Source: an uncultured bacterium
GTDB lineage: Bacteria > Hydrothermota > Tepidihabitantia > Tepidihabitantales > DTDR01
Assembly (NCBI GenBank): GCA_938040315.1
Contig: CALHQW010000006.1
Location: 1,113 to 65,112 of the forward strand
Reading direction: 5' to 3'
DNA: 64,000 nucleotides
The notes below the pieces were generated by a model. The model was not told where the DNA came from. It was given only the letters and a program-made list of their open reading frames with translations, and ran no database searches. The first letter of the stretch is position 1, and each line of letters opens with the position of its first letter. Both the position numbers and the translations under genes were made by a program. Shown here one piece after another: positions 36,913-47,689 of this stretch.

Positions 36913-39155
36913 TTTTTTCTTAATTGAACAGGAAAGTTACTTTCAATAGAAGAAATAATTTCGTTTAATAATTTTTCGATTTCTTCTTTAGTGTAGGGCC
37001 GTTCTTGGGGATAGAAAAAAAGACGGATACCCAAGTTTCTTTTGCCTGGCGGTAGCGGTTGCCCAACAAAAGAATCAAAAATTAGAATTTCTTTCACAAA
37101 GGAAAGGTAATTTTTTTTAATCCAATTAATTATCTCCTGGGCACAGAAATTCTCTTCGGTGATAAAAGATAAATCTCGATAAATAGGTAAAAAAATGGGA
37201 AGGGGCTGATAAATTTTTTCTTTTGGTAAATATTGATAAAGTTTTTCTAAATCTATTTCTGAGTAAAAAATTTCCTCTTCAATTTTATAAGGAAGAAGTA
37301 AATTCTCACTTATTTTTCCTAAATAACCAATCTCATCGTCTTTATAAACAATGGCAATGGAAGGAAAGGAAGAGAAAAAGGGATATTTTTTTAATAAATA
37401 ATCAATTTCCAAAATATTTAAAAAATTAAAAATCTCTTCAATAATTCCTTTTAAATCAAAATAGTCTACCTTTTTAGGTTTCGTATCAAAATTAATTGGT
37501 AAATTATTACCGGTTAACGCCAGAGCTAATAGGTATTTCTCTTTTTTATAAACTTTACCGATTTCAAAAATTCTTAAATCTCTATTATTAAAAGAATGAT
37601 TGTGGGCGATTACCGATAATAAAGAATGAATAAGGGTATTTCTTAAAACCGCTAATTTTTCATTTAAAGGGTTTAACAATTGAATACTCTCTTTTATATT
37701 TTCGGGCAAGAGACTAATAGTAATTACCTCATAAAAACCTCTGCCGATAAGAAAATTTCTTAGGTTATTTAAAAAAGCAGTAAAAGGTTGGATGCCACCA
37801 ATTTTTTTTATTTTTAGATAAAAGAAAGAAGGAAAATTTTCATAGCCATAATAGCGAGCAATCTCTTCTACCAAATCAATTGGCAATTTTAAATCTTGGC
37901 GCCAACTTGGCGGTTGGTAAATAAGTTCTTTCTCATTAGTTTTAATAATTTTACCACCAATTTTCTTAAGGATATTCAAAAGATAATCTACAGAAAAATT
38001 AATTCCTAAAATTCTTTGGGGATAATTGAAAGGAAGAGTAATCATTTCTTTTTCTAATTCTTTTTTAATTATTTTTCTTTCTTTAATAATTTTTCCATCA
38101 CTCCAGCGGGCTATTAAGTTAGCAGCATAATCAGCAAAATAATTTAAATTCTCATAATCAATTCCTAATTCAAATCTTCTGGCTGCTTCGGTTCTTAAAT
38201 TTAGAAAATTAATTCCTTCTCTTATTGCTTCTTGGGAGAAAAAGGCACATTCCAAAAGCACCTCTTTGGTATTTTCAATAATTTCGGTATTTTGACCACC
38301 AATTATTCCGGCAATTGCGATTACTCTTTTACTATCAGCAATACAAAGAACCTTTTCGGAAACTTCTCTTTCTATACTGTCAATAGTTTTAATTTTTTCT
38401 CCCTTTTTTCCTTGTCGGACATAAATTTTATTTCCAAATATTCTTCTTAAATCAAAGGGATGTAGGGGTTGACCAAATTGGATAAGGGTATAATTAGTCG
38501 CATCTACAACATTATTTACTGGTCTTAATCCGGAAAGGAAAAGGCGCCATTGATAAAAGAGGGGAGAGGGTTTTATTTTTAAATCAATAATTTTAGTTGC
38601 GATATAAATTGGACATCTTTCTAAATCTTCAATATTTATTTCAATATCATTCTTTTCTTCTATTTCATATAGATTATTGTTTACTTCGGGTAAAATTAAA
38701 TTTCTATTTGTAAAACAAGCAATCTCACGAGCAAGACCAAAAACAGAAAAGAGGTCTGCTCGATTAGGAGTAATTTCTACTTCCAAAAATAGATTATCAA
38801 GATAATTAAAAACCTTCTCACCTTCAACACCCTCTTCAAAAATTAAATAAACTTCATTAGGAAAAGATAAATCACTACCTTTTAATAATCGCTTTTCTTT
38901 TAAATGATAACCAACTTTTTCTCCTAATTTCGCTGGAATATTCTCCTTAATTACAAATTCCTCATTACCAATCTTTAAGATGGTTTTATTATTTTCTTTT
39001 TCAACAATTGTTGCTAAGAGATAATAAGAAAAATCTTTTAAATAATTATAAAAATTAACTATCTCAATCCCCTTTTTTTCTAATAAATCTAAAAGTTCTT
39101 TTTCGTTAATCTTTGGCTCTAAAAATTCATTTAGCCAATTCAAAGTAAGTTTCAT
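36909..39155 (-). CDS. pheT: Phenylalanine--tRNA ligase beta subunit
   Basis: N-terminal MKLTLNWLNEFL and the tRNA-binding, B3/B4, B5 and FDX-ACB domain order. 748 aa. Confidence 0.9.
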   Translation of the reverse strand: MKLTLNWLNEFLEPKINEKELLDLLEKKGIEIVNFYNYLKDFSYYLLATIVEKENNKTILKIGNEEFVIKENIPAKLGEKVGYHLKEKRLLKGSDLSFPNEVYLIFEEGVEGEKVFNYLDNLFLEVEITPNRADLFSVFGLAREIACFTNRNLILPEVNNNLYEIEEKNDIEINIEDLERCPIYIATKIIDLKIKPSPLFYQWRLFLSGLRPVNNVVDATNYTLIQFGQPLHPFDLRRIFGNKIYVRQGKKGEKIKTIDSIEREVSEKVLCIADSKRVIAIAGIIGGQNTEIIENTKEVLLECAFFSQEAIREGINFLNLRTEAARRFELGIDYENLNYFADYAANLIARWSDGKIIKERKIIKKELEKEMITLPFNYPQRILGINFSVDYLLNILKKIGGKIIKTNEKELIYQPPSWRQDLKLPIDLVEEIARYYGYENFPSFFYLKIKKIGGIQPFTAFLNNLRNFLIGRGFYEVITISLLPENIKESIQLLNPLNEKLAVLRNTLIHSLLSVIAHNHSFNNRDLRIFEIGKVYKKEKYLLALALTGNNLPINFDTKPKKVDYFDLKGIIEEIFNFLNILEIDYLLKKYPFFSSFPSIAIVYKDDEIGYLGKISENLLLPYKIEEEIFYSEIDLEKLYQYLPKEKIYQPLPIFLPIYRDLSFITEENFCAQEIINWIKKNYLSFVKEILIFDSFVGQPLPPGKRNLGIRLFFYPQERPYTKEEIEKLLNEIISSIESNFPVQLRKK

Positions 39156-39583
39156 AACTTAATAAAGATAATGATTTTTATTCAAAAGTCAAGAAAAGAA
39201 AATAAAGCGGGTTGAAAAAATTCCTTTCCTTTTATAAATTTTGTCAAAATAAGATGGGAAATAATATCAGACTCTTGGGAAGTGCTTTCTAATTTACCTT
39301 TTAAAGTACTTAATAACATTATTTTTTAGCACTTTCTTTTTATAGTTTTGAAACTCTTATTTTTTGAGATTCAAAGGCTTTTTAATAAAAAAGTTCTGAA
39401 GTTTTTTATTTTTCTGTTTTAAAAGTTCTTTATTTGCCATTTTTAGGAAGCCCTACTCCCTATTATACTCCTCCTTCCTACTCTTTTCCTTCTTTCTTCC
39501 AAAAGATTTTTGAGATATTAAAACTAATATAGTAAAAAATTGAAAAAAGTCAAGAGAAAAGAAATAAAAAAATTTTATTCTTT

Positions 39584-39611
39584 TTGACATAAAGAGATTT
39601 AAGATTATAAT
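39584..39611 (+). promoter_or_regulatory. Sigma70 consensus promoter TTGACA -16- TATAAT for metK (29-nt leader with an AGGAG SD)
   Basis: Read from the sequence. Confidence 0.5.
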
Positions 39612-39640
39612 TTTATATCCTTTATAAAAAGGAGATTAAA

Positions 39641-40804
39641 ATGAGAATAGATTTTTTTACATCTGAATCAGTTACCGAAGGGCATCCGGATAAAATTTGT
39701 GATCAAATCTCTGATGCGGTTTTGGATGAAATTTTAAGACAGGATGAATTTGCTCGGGTTGCCTGCGAAACTTTTGTTACTGTTGGATTAGTGATTGTTG
39801 GTGGTGAGATAACTACTAAGGGATGGGTTGATTTACAAAAAGTTGTAAGAAGTTTGTTAAAAGAAATTGGTTATACAAGCACTAAATATGGTTTATCGGC
39901 TGATAATTGTGCAATATTAAATGCTATTGGTACTCAATCACCGGATATTGCTATTGGTGTTGATCGGGGTGGAGCCGGGGATCAAGGTTTAATGATTGGT
40001 TATGCTATTAACGAAACAAAGGAATATATGCCTTTACCAATTATGTTGGCTCATAAATTAACAAAAAGATTGGCAGAAGTAAGAAAGAAGAAAATTTTGC
40101 CCTATTTAGGGCCTGACGGAAAATCGCAAGTAACAGTTGAATATCGTGATGGTAAGCCAGTGAGGATTGATAGTGTAGTAATTGCTGCTCAGCATACTGA
40201 GGATGTTCTTGATAAAACTGGCGAAAAGATGAGTGAAGAGGCAAAAGAAGAGATTATTGAAAAGGTAATAAAAGCGGTTATTCCGGAAGAATACCTTGAT
40301 AAAAATACTAAATTTTATGTAAATGAAACTGGCAAATTTATTATTGGTGGTCCTCAATCAGATACTGGAATGACCGGAAGGAAAATAATTGTTGATACCT
40401 ATGGTGGTAAAGTAAGGCATGGTGGAGGTGCCTTTTCGGGTAAAGATCCCACAAAAGTTGATAGAAGTGCTTCTTATATGACAAGATATGTAGCAAAAAA
40501 TTTGGTAGCAAGTGGAGTTTGTGAAGAAGTAGAAGTTAGCGTTGCTTATGTTATTGGTCGCCCTGATCCCCTTCATATTAGTTTAAATACTTTTAATACG
40601 GGAAAAGTAAAAGATGAAGTTCTTTTAAAATTGGTAAAAGAGATGTTTGATTTTACACCACGCGGAATGATTGAATATTTAAAACTAAGAAGACCAATTT
40701 ATTTACCAACTGCCTGTTATGGTCATTTTGGTCGGAATGAAGAAAACTTTACCTGGGAGAAATTAGATATGGTAGAGGAAATAAGAAGAAAGTTAGGAAT
40801 TTAA
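39641..40804 (+). CDS. metK: S-adenosylmethionine synthase
   Basis: [37 protein letters not shown]. Confidence 0.95.
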   Translation: MRIDFFTSESVTEGHPDKICDQISDAVLDEILRQDEFARVACETFVTVGLVIVGGEITTKGWVDLQKVVRSLLKEIGYTSTKYGLSADNCAILNAIGTQSPDIAIGVDRGGAGDQGLMIGYAINETKEYMPLPIMLAHKLTKRLAEVRKKKILPYLGPDGKSQVTVEYRDGKPVRIDSVVIAAQHTEDVLDKTGEKMSEEAKEEIIEKVIKAVIPEEYLDKNTKFYVNETGKFIIGGPQSDTGMTGRKIIVDTYGGKVRHGGGAFSGKDPTKVDRSASYMTRYVAKNLVASGVCEEVEVSVAYVIGRPDPLHISLNTFNTGKVKDEVLLKLVKEMFDFTPRGMIEYLKLRRPIYLPTACYGHFGRNEENFTWEKLDMVEEIRRKLGI

Positions 40805-40807
40805 AAA

Positions 40808-42064
40808 ATGAAATTTCATATAAAAGATATTAATTTGTCGCCAATCGGTAAAAAACGGGTAGAATGGGCAGGAAAATTTATGCCGGTATTGAAACTAATT
40901 GGCGAGAGATTTGAAAAAGAAAAATCTCTAAAAGGTATAAAAATATCTGCCTGTCTTCACATTACTACCGAAACAGCCAATTTACTTCTTACTTTAAAAA
41001 AGGGAGGAGCCATTATTAGCGTATGTGCTTCTAATCCACTTTCTACCCAAGATGATGTGGCTGCTTATCTTGTTAAAGAAATAGAAATACCAGTGTTTGC
41101 AATTAAAAAGGAAGATAGAAAAACTTATTATAATCATATTCATCAAGTTTTAGAACAAAAACCGCAGATCACAATTGATGACGGTGCTGATTTAGTTTCA
41201 ACTTTACACAAAGAGAGAAATGATTTAATGAGGAATATAATTGGTGGAACCGAGGAAACGACGACTGGAGTTATTCGCTTGAAAAATATGGAAAAAGAAG
41301 GAGTTTTAAAATATCCGATAATTGCCGTAAATGATTCCTATACTAAATATCTTTTTGATAATCGTTATGGAACAGGTCAATCAACAATTGATGGAATTTT
41401 ACGAGCAACAAATTTTCTTTTTGCTGGTTCAACAGTGGTGGTTTGTGGTTATGGTTGGTGTGGTCGCGGTATTGCGATGCGAGCAAAAGGAATGGGAGCT
41501 AAGGTAATAATTTGTGAAATAGATCCAATTAAGGCATTAGAGGCAAAGATGGATGGCTATGAAGTGATGAAATTAACCGAAGCCTCGCAAATTGGCGATT
41601 TATTTATTACTGCTACAGGTAATATTAATGTAATAACCAAAAAGCATTTTCTATTAATGAAAGATGGAGCAATTTTATGCAATGCTGGCCATTTTGATGT
41701 GGAGATTGATAAAAAGGGATTAAAAGAAGTGAGTATTAAAAGAAGAAAGATAAGAGAATTCTGTGAAGAATATTTATTAAAAAATAAGAAGAAGATTTAT
41801 CTTTTAAGTGAAGGAAGATTAGTAAACCTTTCTTCAGCAGAAGGTCATCCAGCAATGGTAATGGATATGTCTTTTGCTAATCAAGCCTTGGCCTGTGAAT
41901 ATTTAGTAAAAAATCACAGTAAATTAGAAAAAAAAGTTTATAAATTGCCTTTAGAAATTGATAAAGAAATTGCTTATTTAAAATTGAAATCAATGGGAAT
42001 AGAAATAGACAGGTTAACAAAAAAACAAAAGAAATATCTTATTTCTTGGCAAGCAGGAACCTAA
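40808..42064 (+). CDS. ahcY: Adenosylhomocysteinase
   Basis: NAD-binding [11 protein letters not shown] and overall SAHH similarity. 3 nt after metK. Confidence 0.9.
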   Translation: MKFHIKDINLSPIGKKRVEWAGKFMPVLKLIGERFEKEKSLKGIKISACLHITTETANLLLTLKKGGAIISVCASNPLSTQDDVAAYLVKEIEIPVFAIKKEDRKTYYNHIHQVLEQKPQITIDDGADLVSTLHKERNDLMRNIIGGTEETTTGVIRLKNMEKEGVLKYPIIAVNDSYTKYLFDNRYGTGQSTIDGILRATNFLFAGSTVVVCGYGWCGRGIAMRAKGMGAKVIICEIDPIKALEAKMDGYEVMKLTEASQIGDLFITATGNINVITKKHFLLMKDGAILCNAGHFDVEIDKKGLKEVSIKRRKIREFCEEYLLKNKKKIYLLSEGRLVNLSSAEGHPAMVMDMSFANQALACEYLVKNHSKLEKKVYKLPLEIDKEIAYLKLKSMGIEIDRLTKKQKKYLISWQAGT

Positions 42065-42080
42065 CTTAAAAATTTTTTAC

Positions 42081-42989
42081 TTATTCTATAAAAACAGGAA
42101 TTTGGTAAAGATGATAAATAAATTTTTCTTTAAAATAAAAAAGGGTTTGAGGAGATAAGATTTCAATTGTTAAATAATTTATTCCCTTTTTATTTAGTTT
42201 TATTTTTAAATAGAAAATATTGTTATTTCTTTTAAATAATACTCTTTGGTTTGAATAATGAAGAAAGACAAGATAATCTTTTAAACTATCTTTTTTAATT
42301 TTTATCTCAATTGTAATTGAATCATTAATGGAAAAATTGGGGAGTTCTTCCAAAGAGAAGAAATTTTTAAAGAAACCTGAATCAATAGTAATTGAAAATT
42401 TATTTTTTAGATTAATAAAATCAATTTCGGGAGCGGTATCTAAATTTGGGAAGAAAGAGTTTGTAGGTGAGATTTTATAAAATTGATATTTGCCAGATTG
42501 TTTTTTAAAAATAATTCTTTTTTTTGCTCGAATAGGATAAATTTTTTCATATTCTTTTATACCATAATTAATTTTTTTTATGCTTTCTAATACCCCGATA
42601 TCATTAAAAAATATCTGCCAAAGAGAGTCGTATTGAATAATGGCAATTGTATGACGGTTAGAATCTAAATGGGTAATTTCACAAAAGGTGTCTTTATTTT
42701 CAATAAAAAATCTTAATGAATCAAAAGAAGAGGTATCGTAACTAAGGCGATAAAAACTAAGGAGATGAGCAATTTTCTCAAAAACTTTTTGATTTTGGTA
42801 AGTAGTATCCGAAGGAAGAAGAAAAGAAGAATAGGAAAAATCAATCGGTCTTTTTTCTAAAAAAGAATAAATTGAAATCATTTCTTTATTCTCTTTTAAA
42901 ATTTGATTAACCAGTTCTTTATCATTTTCAAAAGTATCTTTCTTTTGACAGAAGATAAAAAGGATTATAAAAAATAATATTTTTCTCAT
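42081..42989 (-). CDS. Hypothetical lipoprotein
   Basis: Signal peptide with Cys (FIILFIFC) and no recognisable domain. Confidence 0.4.
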   Translation of the reverse strand: MRKILFFIILFIFCQKKDTFENDKELVNQILKENKEMISIYSFLEKRPIDFSYSSFLLPSDTTYQNQKVFEKIAHLLSFYRLSYDTSSFDSLRFFIENKDTFCEITHLDSNRHTIAIIQYDSLWQIFFNDIGVLESIKKINYGIKEYEKIYPIRAKKRIIFKKQSGKYQFYKISPTNSFFPNLDTAPEIDFINLKNKFSITIDSGFFKNFFSLEELPNFSINDSITIEIKIKKDSLKDYLVFLHYSNQRVLFKRNNNIFYLKIKLNKKGINYLTIEILSPQTLFYFKEKFIYHLYQIPVFIE

Positions 42990-42990
42990 A

Positions 42991-43040
42991 AAATAAAAAA
43001 GGGAGACGGATTAAAAAAACCGCCTCCCTTTCTTTTTTAG
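42991..43040 (-). terminator. Rho-independent terminator for the upstream BNR gene (minus-strand stem GGGAGGCGG/CCGUCUCCC then UUUUUUAUUU)
   Basis: Inverted repeat at 43001-43028 with flanking A/T runs. The G-U wobble forms only on the minus-strand transcript. Confidence 0.6.
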
Positions 43041-43043
43041 ACT

Positions 43044-44789
43044 TTAGTGGTTAATTATCAACTTATATCTTTCAGTTAAAGTGTTGGCCTTTATTGTTAA
43101 GAAGTAAATTCCGTTTCTTAATTCTTTTGAAATTCGGAACTGGTAATTGTGATTACCTTTTGAGAGATTTTTGTCTAATAAGTTCATAACTATTCTACCA
43201 TTAATATCGGTCAAAAAGATATTTACCTTTGTCTCTTTTTCTAAACTAATTGAGAGATAAGCACGATTTCTAATTGGATTAGGATAAACTTTTAAATTAA
43301 ACAACTTATTACCTTTTGTTTCTGCAATACCGGTTTCATCTAAATATCGTCTGGGAACTTGGTGAACAACAAAAGCACAAGTAGCTAAAGAATGTTCACC
43401 TTGGACATAGAAACCAGCAATTGGGTCAATTAAATAGGTAATCCAGCACATATCATCAACAATTGGAGCCAAGAAAGGAAATCTTTTTGAAGTTTGATCA
43501 GGTTCAGTAATTCTTTTTGGTGGCAACCAAGTTAAACCACCATCAGTAGAAGCAGTTCCCCAAATATCGGCTCTTAGACGTTGGGTTTGAGGTTCATAAT
43601 TTACTGGGTCAAATTGTTCCCAAACAACATAAAGATTTCCGTTCTGTAAGTTTTGACCAATAGATGGACGACCAGCAAAAATAGCATTATAACCAACGGT
43701 TGCCGCTAAAGTATCAGGCATAATTCGGCAGATTCTTGTTAATTCAGGATTTCTTCCCGGAACATAATGCCACATTTCTACAGGAATTATTCTACCAGTA
43801 TCTCTTATATTAGGCGTGAAGCAAAGGACGAAGTTTGGTCTATCTTCTCGATCAAAGAAACCACCAACCGAAGGTAACCAAAGTTCAGGTAAAGTTTCGC
43901 TTCCGGGTGTAAAGATTTCAGGAAATGGGAAAGGAATCACATCGCTCCAAGTTTCGCCACCATCAGTAGAAATTCTATAAGCACCGCTATCCGGTCCTGT
44001 GCCATCCCATTCGGTCCAGTAAATCACTACTTTATTACTTATTTTAGAAGCAAAAATTCCTTGGCTATTACCTTGGGGAGCGATTGGTTGTCCAGGTTCA
44101 GGAGCGATTAATACTGGTTCTTCAGGGGTTGGCCAATCTCTCATTCTAATATAAAAAATTCTGTCCCGTGCTTGTCCAGGATCGTCTTCCACAGCAGCAA
44201 CATGGACCCAGCCATTATTTGTAATAGCAATTGGTGGCCAAAGATAGCCTTCTTGACAATCGGCATAATCAAAAATTCCTTGTCCAGGAGCAATATCTTT
44301 TCCAATTCTTGGAATAAAACGTTGAGTTCCTGCTACATGTCCAACAATAAATTCATTTCCTTCCATGGGGTTAACATCAAGATTTCCAAAGCCAGCACGA
44401 GCATTTAATGCATCAATTCCATCTTGACCAAATGCCCAAGACTGGGTAGCGCGGTCATAAAAATTATATCTCATATTTCTATCAGGAAAAGGACTTGCTT
44501 GAAGAGAAGTTATTCCCGTTACGTGAACACCTCTTTGTGGATCATTGTAAATTCTTTGCCATCCATGAGAATTAAATTGCCAGTCATAAGTGGAAAAGAA
44601 CACCGTATCTACTCTGCCAATAGGTTGCCAAGAAGAAAAAGAATTTCTTTCTTTAATTATTTTTGTTTCCTTTATTTTAGGAAGGTCGGCTTTAAGTTCG
44701 GGCGGAAGGGTTTTTATTGGGATAAGATATTCTTTGGGAAGAGCAAAAATAATTAATAAAGGAATAAAAAAGATTACTAATTTACGCAT
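43044..44789 (-). CDS. Secreted BNR/Asp-box repeat (sialidase-like beta-propeller) protein with a T9SS C-terminal sorting domain
   Basis: Signal peptide. Asp-boxes STDGGETWS and STDGGLTW. C-terminal NIFLTDINGRIV...NGIYFLTIKA...LIINH is a T9SS CTD. Confidence 0.65.
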   Translation of the reverse strand: MRKLVIFFIPLLIIFALPKEYLIPIKTLPPELKADLPKIKETKIIKERNSFSSWQPIGRVDTVFFSTYDWQFNSHGWQRIYNDPQRGVHVTGITSLQASPFPDRNMRYNFYDRATQSWAFGQDGIDALNARAGFGNLDVNPMEGNEFIVGHVAGTQRFIPRIGKDIAPGQGIFDYADCQEGYLWPPIAITNNGWVHVAAVEDDPGQARDRIFYIRMRDWPTPEEPVLIAPEPGQPIAPQGNSQGIFASKISNKVVIYWTEWDGTGPDSGAYRISTDGGETWSDVIPFPFPEIFTPGSETLPELWLPSVGGFFDREDRPNFVLCFTPNIRDTGRIIPVEMWHYVPGRNPELTRICRIMPDTLAATVGYNAIFAGRPSIGQNLQNGNLYVVWEQFDPVNYEPQTQRLRADIWGTASTDGGLTWLPPKRITEPDQTSKRFPFLAPIVDDMCWITYLIDPIAGFYVQGEHSLATCAFVVHQVPRRYLDETGIAETKGNKLFNLKVYPNPIRNRAYLSISLEKETKVNIFLTDINGRIVMNLLDKNLSKGNHNYQFRISKELRNGIYFLTIKANTLTERYKLIINH

Positions 44790-44804
44790 TTTTTTCCTCC
44801 TTTT

Positions 44805-46637
44805 CTAATTTATTATTATTTTTTTCTTATATATTTTATTTCCATCATCAAAAAGGCAGAAATAAGTGCCTTTTCTACCTTTAGTATTCCAGGTTAATTT
44901 ATAATTTCCTTTTTCTTTTCTTTTATTTTCTAAAATTTCCACCATTTTGCCACTAATGTCAAAAATGGCAATTGTTATTGATGAAGATTGAGATAACGAG
45001 TAAGTAATATTTACCTTTTTACTTGTTGGATTAGGGAAAATAGAAAAATTAGTTTTTGGAGAATATTTATTATTCTCTTGTGCAATACCAACTTCAACAA
45101 GCAATGTACAAGGAACTCGGAAATAAAGAACTGGATTATTAGTGACTACTCCTTCATTTTGTGGAACACCACCGGCATCTTTGTCATTAATATAAGTAAT
45201 ATGCAGATAACCACCAACAGCAAAAGGCGCTAAGGAAAAATAATCGTCGTCTTCACACATTCCTGGAGAAGCACCCGGACTTGGAGAATTTGTAAGATTT
45301 AATACTTCGCCAATTCGTCCTTTTACTCCCCAGGTTCTTCCGCCATCAGTAGAAACTGCTGCATATAATTCACCATTTATTCTTCTTCCTTGAGAAATGT
45401 CAGTAGTATCTAAATTACCGACCCAAACACAATAAAGATTACCATAATTATCAATTGCTAATTGTGGTCGGTCAGCCGGTCTTCGCCAAGCATCGTTCTG
45501 AACATTAGGATAAGGCGAATACCACCAAGAATCTCCAACTACTTGTAAATGTCCGATACCAGATACCAAAGTTATTCCGGTTTGTTCGCTCCAATGTCTA
45601 ATTCTTGAAAAACCAGGATAAGTCGCTGGTCCTCGGCTACCAACCATTGATAGGATTTCTGTCCATACTACATGTAAATTGCCATTCAAATCGTAAATGG
45701 CATCACAATCTGCATAGGCAAATTCGTGGGGTAAGGTATCGGTTGGATATTGATAATTTGTAATTTGTCTTGGCGGTTGCCAAGTAGCACCTCGGTCATA
45801 GGATTCTCTTATCCAAACATTTTGTAAAACTTGTGAATGTCTTTCTGGTAAATTAGAGGTATAAGCAACGACAACTTTGTCTCCATCAGGTTGAGCATAT
45901 ATATCACCAGAAAGGCATGCCATTACCGTGTCATTCATTATTGGCATCCAGTTACTAAAAGTATTGCCACCATCGGTGGAACGAGAGTAATAGAAATCTT
46001 CAGAAGCACCAGCAGTTGGTGGTCTTCCATATCCTAACACATGAATAATTCCATTATTGCCAATAGTTCCGTGAGGCCAGATAATTTCATTTCCATAAGG
46101 AGAAAGATTTACATCCGGCTCAATGGGATCGCCAAATATTCCAGTTTGAGGAGCAATTTCAATTGTTAAAGCCGAATAAAATACACCTTCTCTTGAATGA
46201 TGGAAAAAGCAACAAGCCTTTCCATCAGGAAACATTCCAAAAGTTACATAACCTGCCCGATACATACCACTTGCTTGGACACCCATTCCTAATTGGACAG
46301 TATCATCAAAATAAGCATTATAATAACAATAACGATTCGGATAAGAAGGATTTGAATCAGGAGAGTGCATCCAATCAAATCCCCAAGTATTATTGGCAAA
46401 TTCTATTCTTGAGCCAAGGGTGCCGTTAGATTGATAATCAATAAAAGTTCGAGAAAGAAGAATTCCAGGAGAAGTGGTAAAGGTAGGAGAAATGTTAACT
46501 GGTAAAGAGATTTTTTCTAAACCAGTAGAAAGGGGAAGAGGAGAATAAAGTTGTTGATGTTTAGGACTCAAAAATTCACTTTTTGGTAAAGAAAATAAAA
46601 AAGAGATTAAAAAGATAAAAATACTCATTTTTTTCAT
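44805..46637 (-). CDS. Secreted BNR/Asp-box repeat protein with a T9SS C-terminal sorting domain (paralogue of the downstream gene)
   Basis: Asp-boxes SRSTDGGNTFS, SYDRGATWQ, STDGGRTWG. C-terminal ITIAIFDISGKMV...GTYFCLFDD...KIIIN is a T9SS CTD. Confidence 0.65.
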   Translation of the reverse strand: MKKMSIFIFLISFLFSLPKSEFLSPKHQQLYSPLPLSTGLEKISLPVNISPTFTTSPGILLSRTFIDYQSNGTLGSRIEFANNTWGFDWMHSPDSNPSYPNRYCYYNAYFDDTVQLGMGVQASGMYRAGYVTFGMFPDGKACCFFHHSREGVFYSALTIEIAPQTGIFGDPIEPDVNLSPYGNEIIWPHGTIGNNGIIHVLGYGRPPTAGASEDFYYSRSTDGGNTFSNWMPIMNDTVMACLSGDIYAQPDGDKVVVAYTSNLPERHSQVLQNVWIRESYDRGATWQPPRQITNYQYPTDTLPHEFAYADCDAIYDLNGNLHVVWTEILSMVGSRGPATYPGFSRIRHWSEQTGITLVSGIGHLQVVGDSWWYSPYPNVQNDAWRRPADRPQLAIDNYGNLYCVWVGNLDTTDISQGRRINGELYAAVSTDGGRTWGVKGRIGEVLNLTNSPSPGASPGMCEDDDYFSLAPFAVGGYLHITYINDKDAGGVPQNEGVVTNNPVLYFRVPCTLLVEVGIAQENNKYSPKTNFSIFPNPTSKKVNITYSLSQSSSITIAIFDISGKMVEILENKRKEKGNYKLTWNTKGRKGTYFCLFDDGNKIYKKKIIIN

Positions 46638-46649
46638 ATTTTCCTCCTT

Positions 46650-47267
46650 CTATCTAAGTCTAAATTTATAAGGAATACTTACCCAAACTCTTACCGGCAT
46701 ATCTCTTTGTTTTGCCGGTGTAAATTTTGCTTGTCGAGCAGCATCCATTGCTGCTTTATCAAGTTCCGGATTTCCAGAAGATTTTAAAATTCTCACATCA
46801 GCAACACTTCCGTCTATATCTACCAATGCTTCTACCACTACATCTCCTTCATGACCTAATTGGCGAGCAATTTCTGGATATACCGGTTTTGGCAAATAGA
46901 CTTCTTTTGGTTTTATTTCTACTTTCCAAAAAGGAACAATTGGTATTTCTGTCTCTTCAGTTTTTTTATATATCTCAGTAAATTCAGTTTTTCCTATGGT
47001 AGTGACATCTTCAGCCTCTTCACCAGTTTGTGCTTCGGAAACCACTGCGATTTTTGGTCTTTCTACCGGTGGTGGTTCAGCGATTTGTTCTAACTCAGGA
47101 GGTAACTGTTCTAAAACAGTACCAATTTCTTTTTTCGGAATATAAGGCCGATAAAAAAATTCTTTGGGGAAAACTATAAAAACTAATAAGACAAAGGCCA
47201 AAGCAATTATTAAACCAATTCGAAACATTATTGAATAATATTCATCCCATTCAAAAACTTTATTCAT
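46650..47267 (-). CDS. tonB: Energy transducer TonB (TonB C-terminal domain protein)
   Basis: N-terminal TM anchor, Pro/Glu-rich linker, and a C-terminal YPEIARQLGHEGDVVVEALVDIDGSVADVRILKSSGNPELDKAA TonB_C domain. Confidence 0.7.
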   Translation of the reverse strand: MNKVFEWDEYYSIMFRIGLIIALAFVLLVFIVFPKEFFYRPYIPKKEIGTVLEQLPPELEQIAEPPPVERPKIAVVSEAQTGEEAEDVTTIGKTEFTEIYKKTEETEIPIVPFWKVEIKPKEVYLPKPVYPEIARQLGHEGDVVVEALVDIDGSVADVRILKSSGNPELDKAAMDAARQAKFTPAKQRDMPVRVWVSIPYKFRLR

Positions 47268-47269
47268 GA

Positions 47270-47686
47270 TTAACCTCCAATTTTTTTATATTCCGTAGCA
47301 AAAACAACTTTAAAAGCCTGGGCTTCTTTTAAGGCTTCTAATAGGTCATTTATTCTTCCATAATCCACACCGCTATCCGCCATGATTTCTGCTACTAATT
47401 CTGGATTATCAGCGATTTTTAAAAGCATCACATTGGTAACCCCAGCAAGGTCTAATACATTATCATCAATAGTGATTTTTCCTGTTTTATCTACCCAGAT
47501 ATGAACTACATTCTTTCTTTTTATCAATCTTTCCGTTGCCTCTGCTTGTGGTAGATCTACTTTTAATCCTGTTTCCGTTCTTAAAACCGTAGTGAGCATA
47601 AAGAAGATAATCAAAAGAAAAGCAATATCACCAGTAGAAGCACTGGGTATCTCGGGAGTTTCTCTTTTTATTAAAAACTTTCTCAT
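47270..47686 (-). CDS. exbD: Biopolymer transport protein ExbD/TolR
   Basis: N-terminal TM segment (DIAFLLIIFFM) plus an ExbD periplasmic domain. Confidence 0.75.
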   Translation of the reverse strand: MRKFLIKRETPEIPSASTGDIAFLLIIFFMLTTVLRTETGLKVDLPQAEATERLIKRKNVVHIWVDKTGKITIDDNVLDLAGVTNVMLLKIADNPELVAEIMADSGVDYGRINDLLEALKEAQAFKVVFATEYKKIGG

Positions 47687-47689
47687 ATT

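Noticed and set aside
39156-39300. T-box leader upstream of pheT (minus strand)
   Set aside because: No AGGGUGGNACCGCG core, or its reverse complement, is present in the intergenic region.
39500-39640. SAM riboswitch upstream of metK
   Set aside because: No SAM-I core (the kink-turn and ...GGUGGAGGGA...GCAACC-like segments) is visible. The region is almost pure A/T apart from the promoter and SD.
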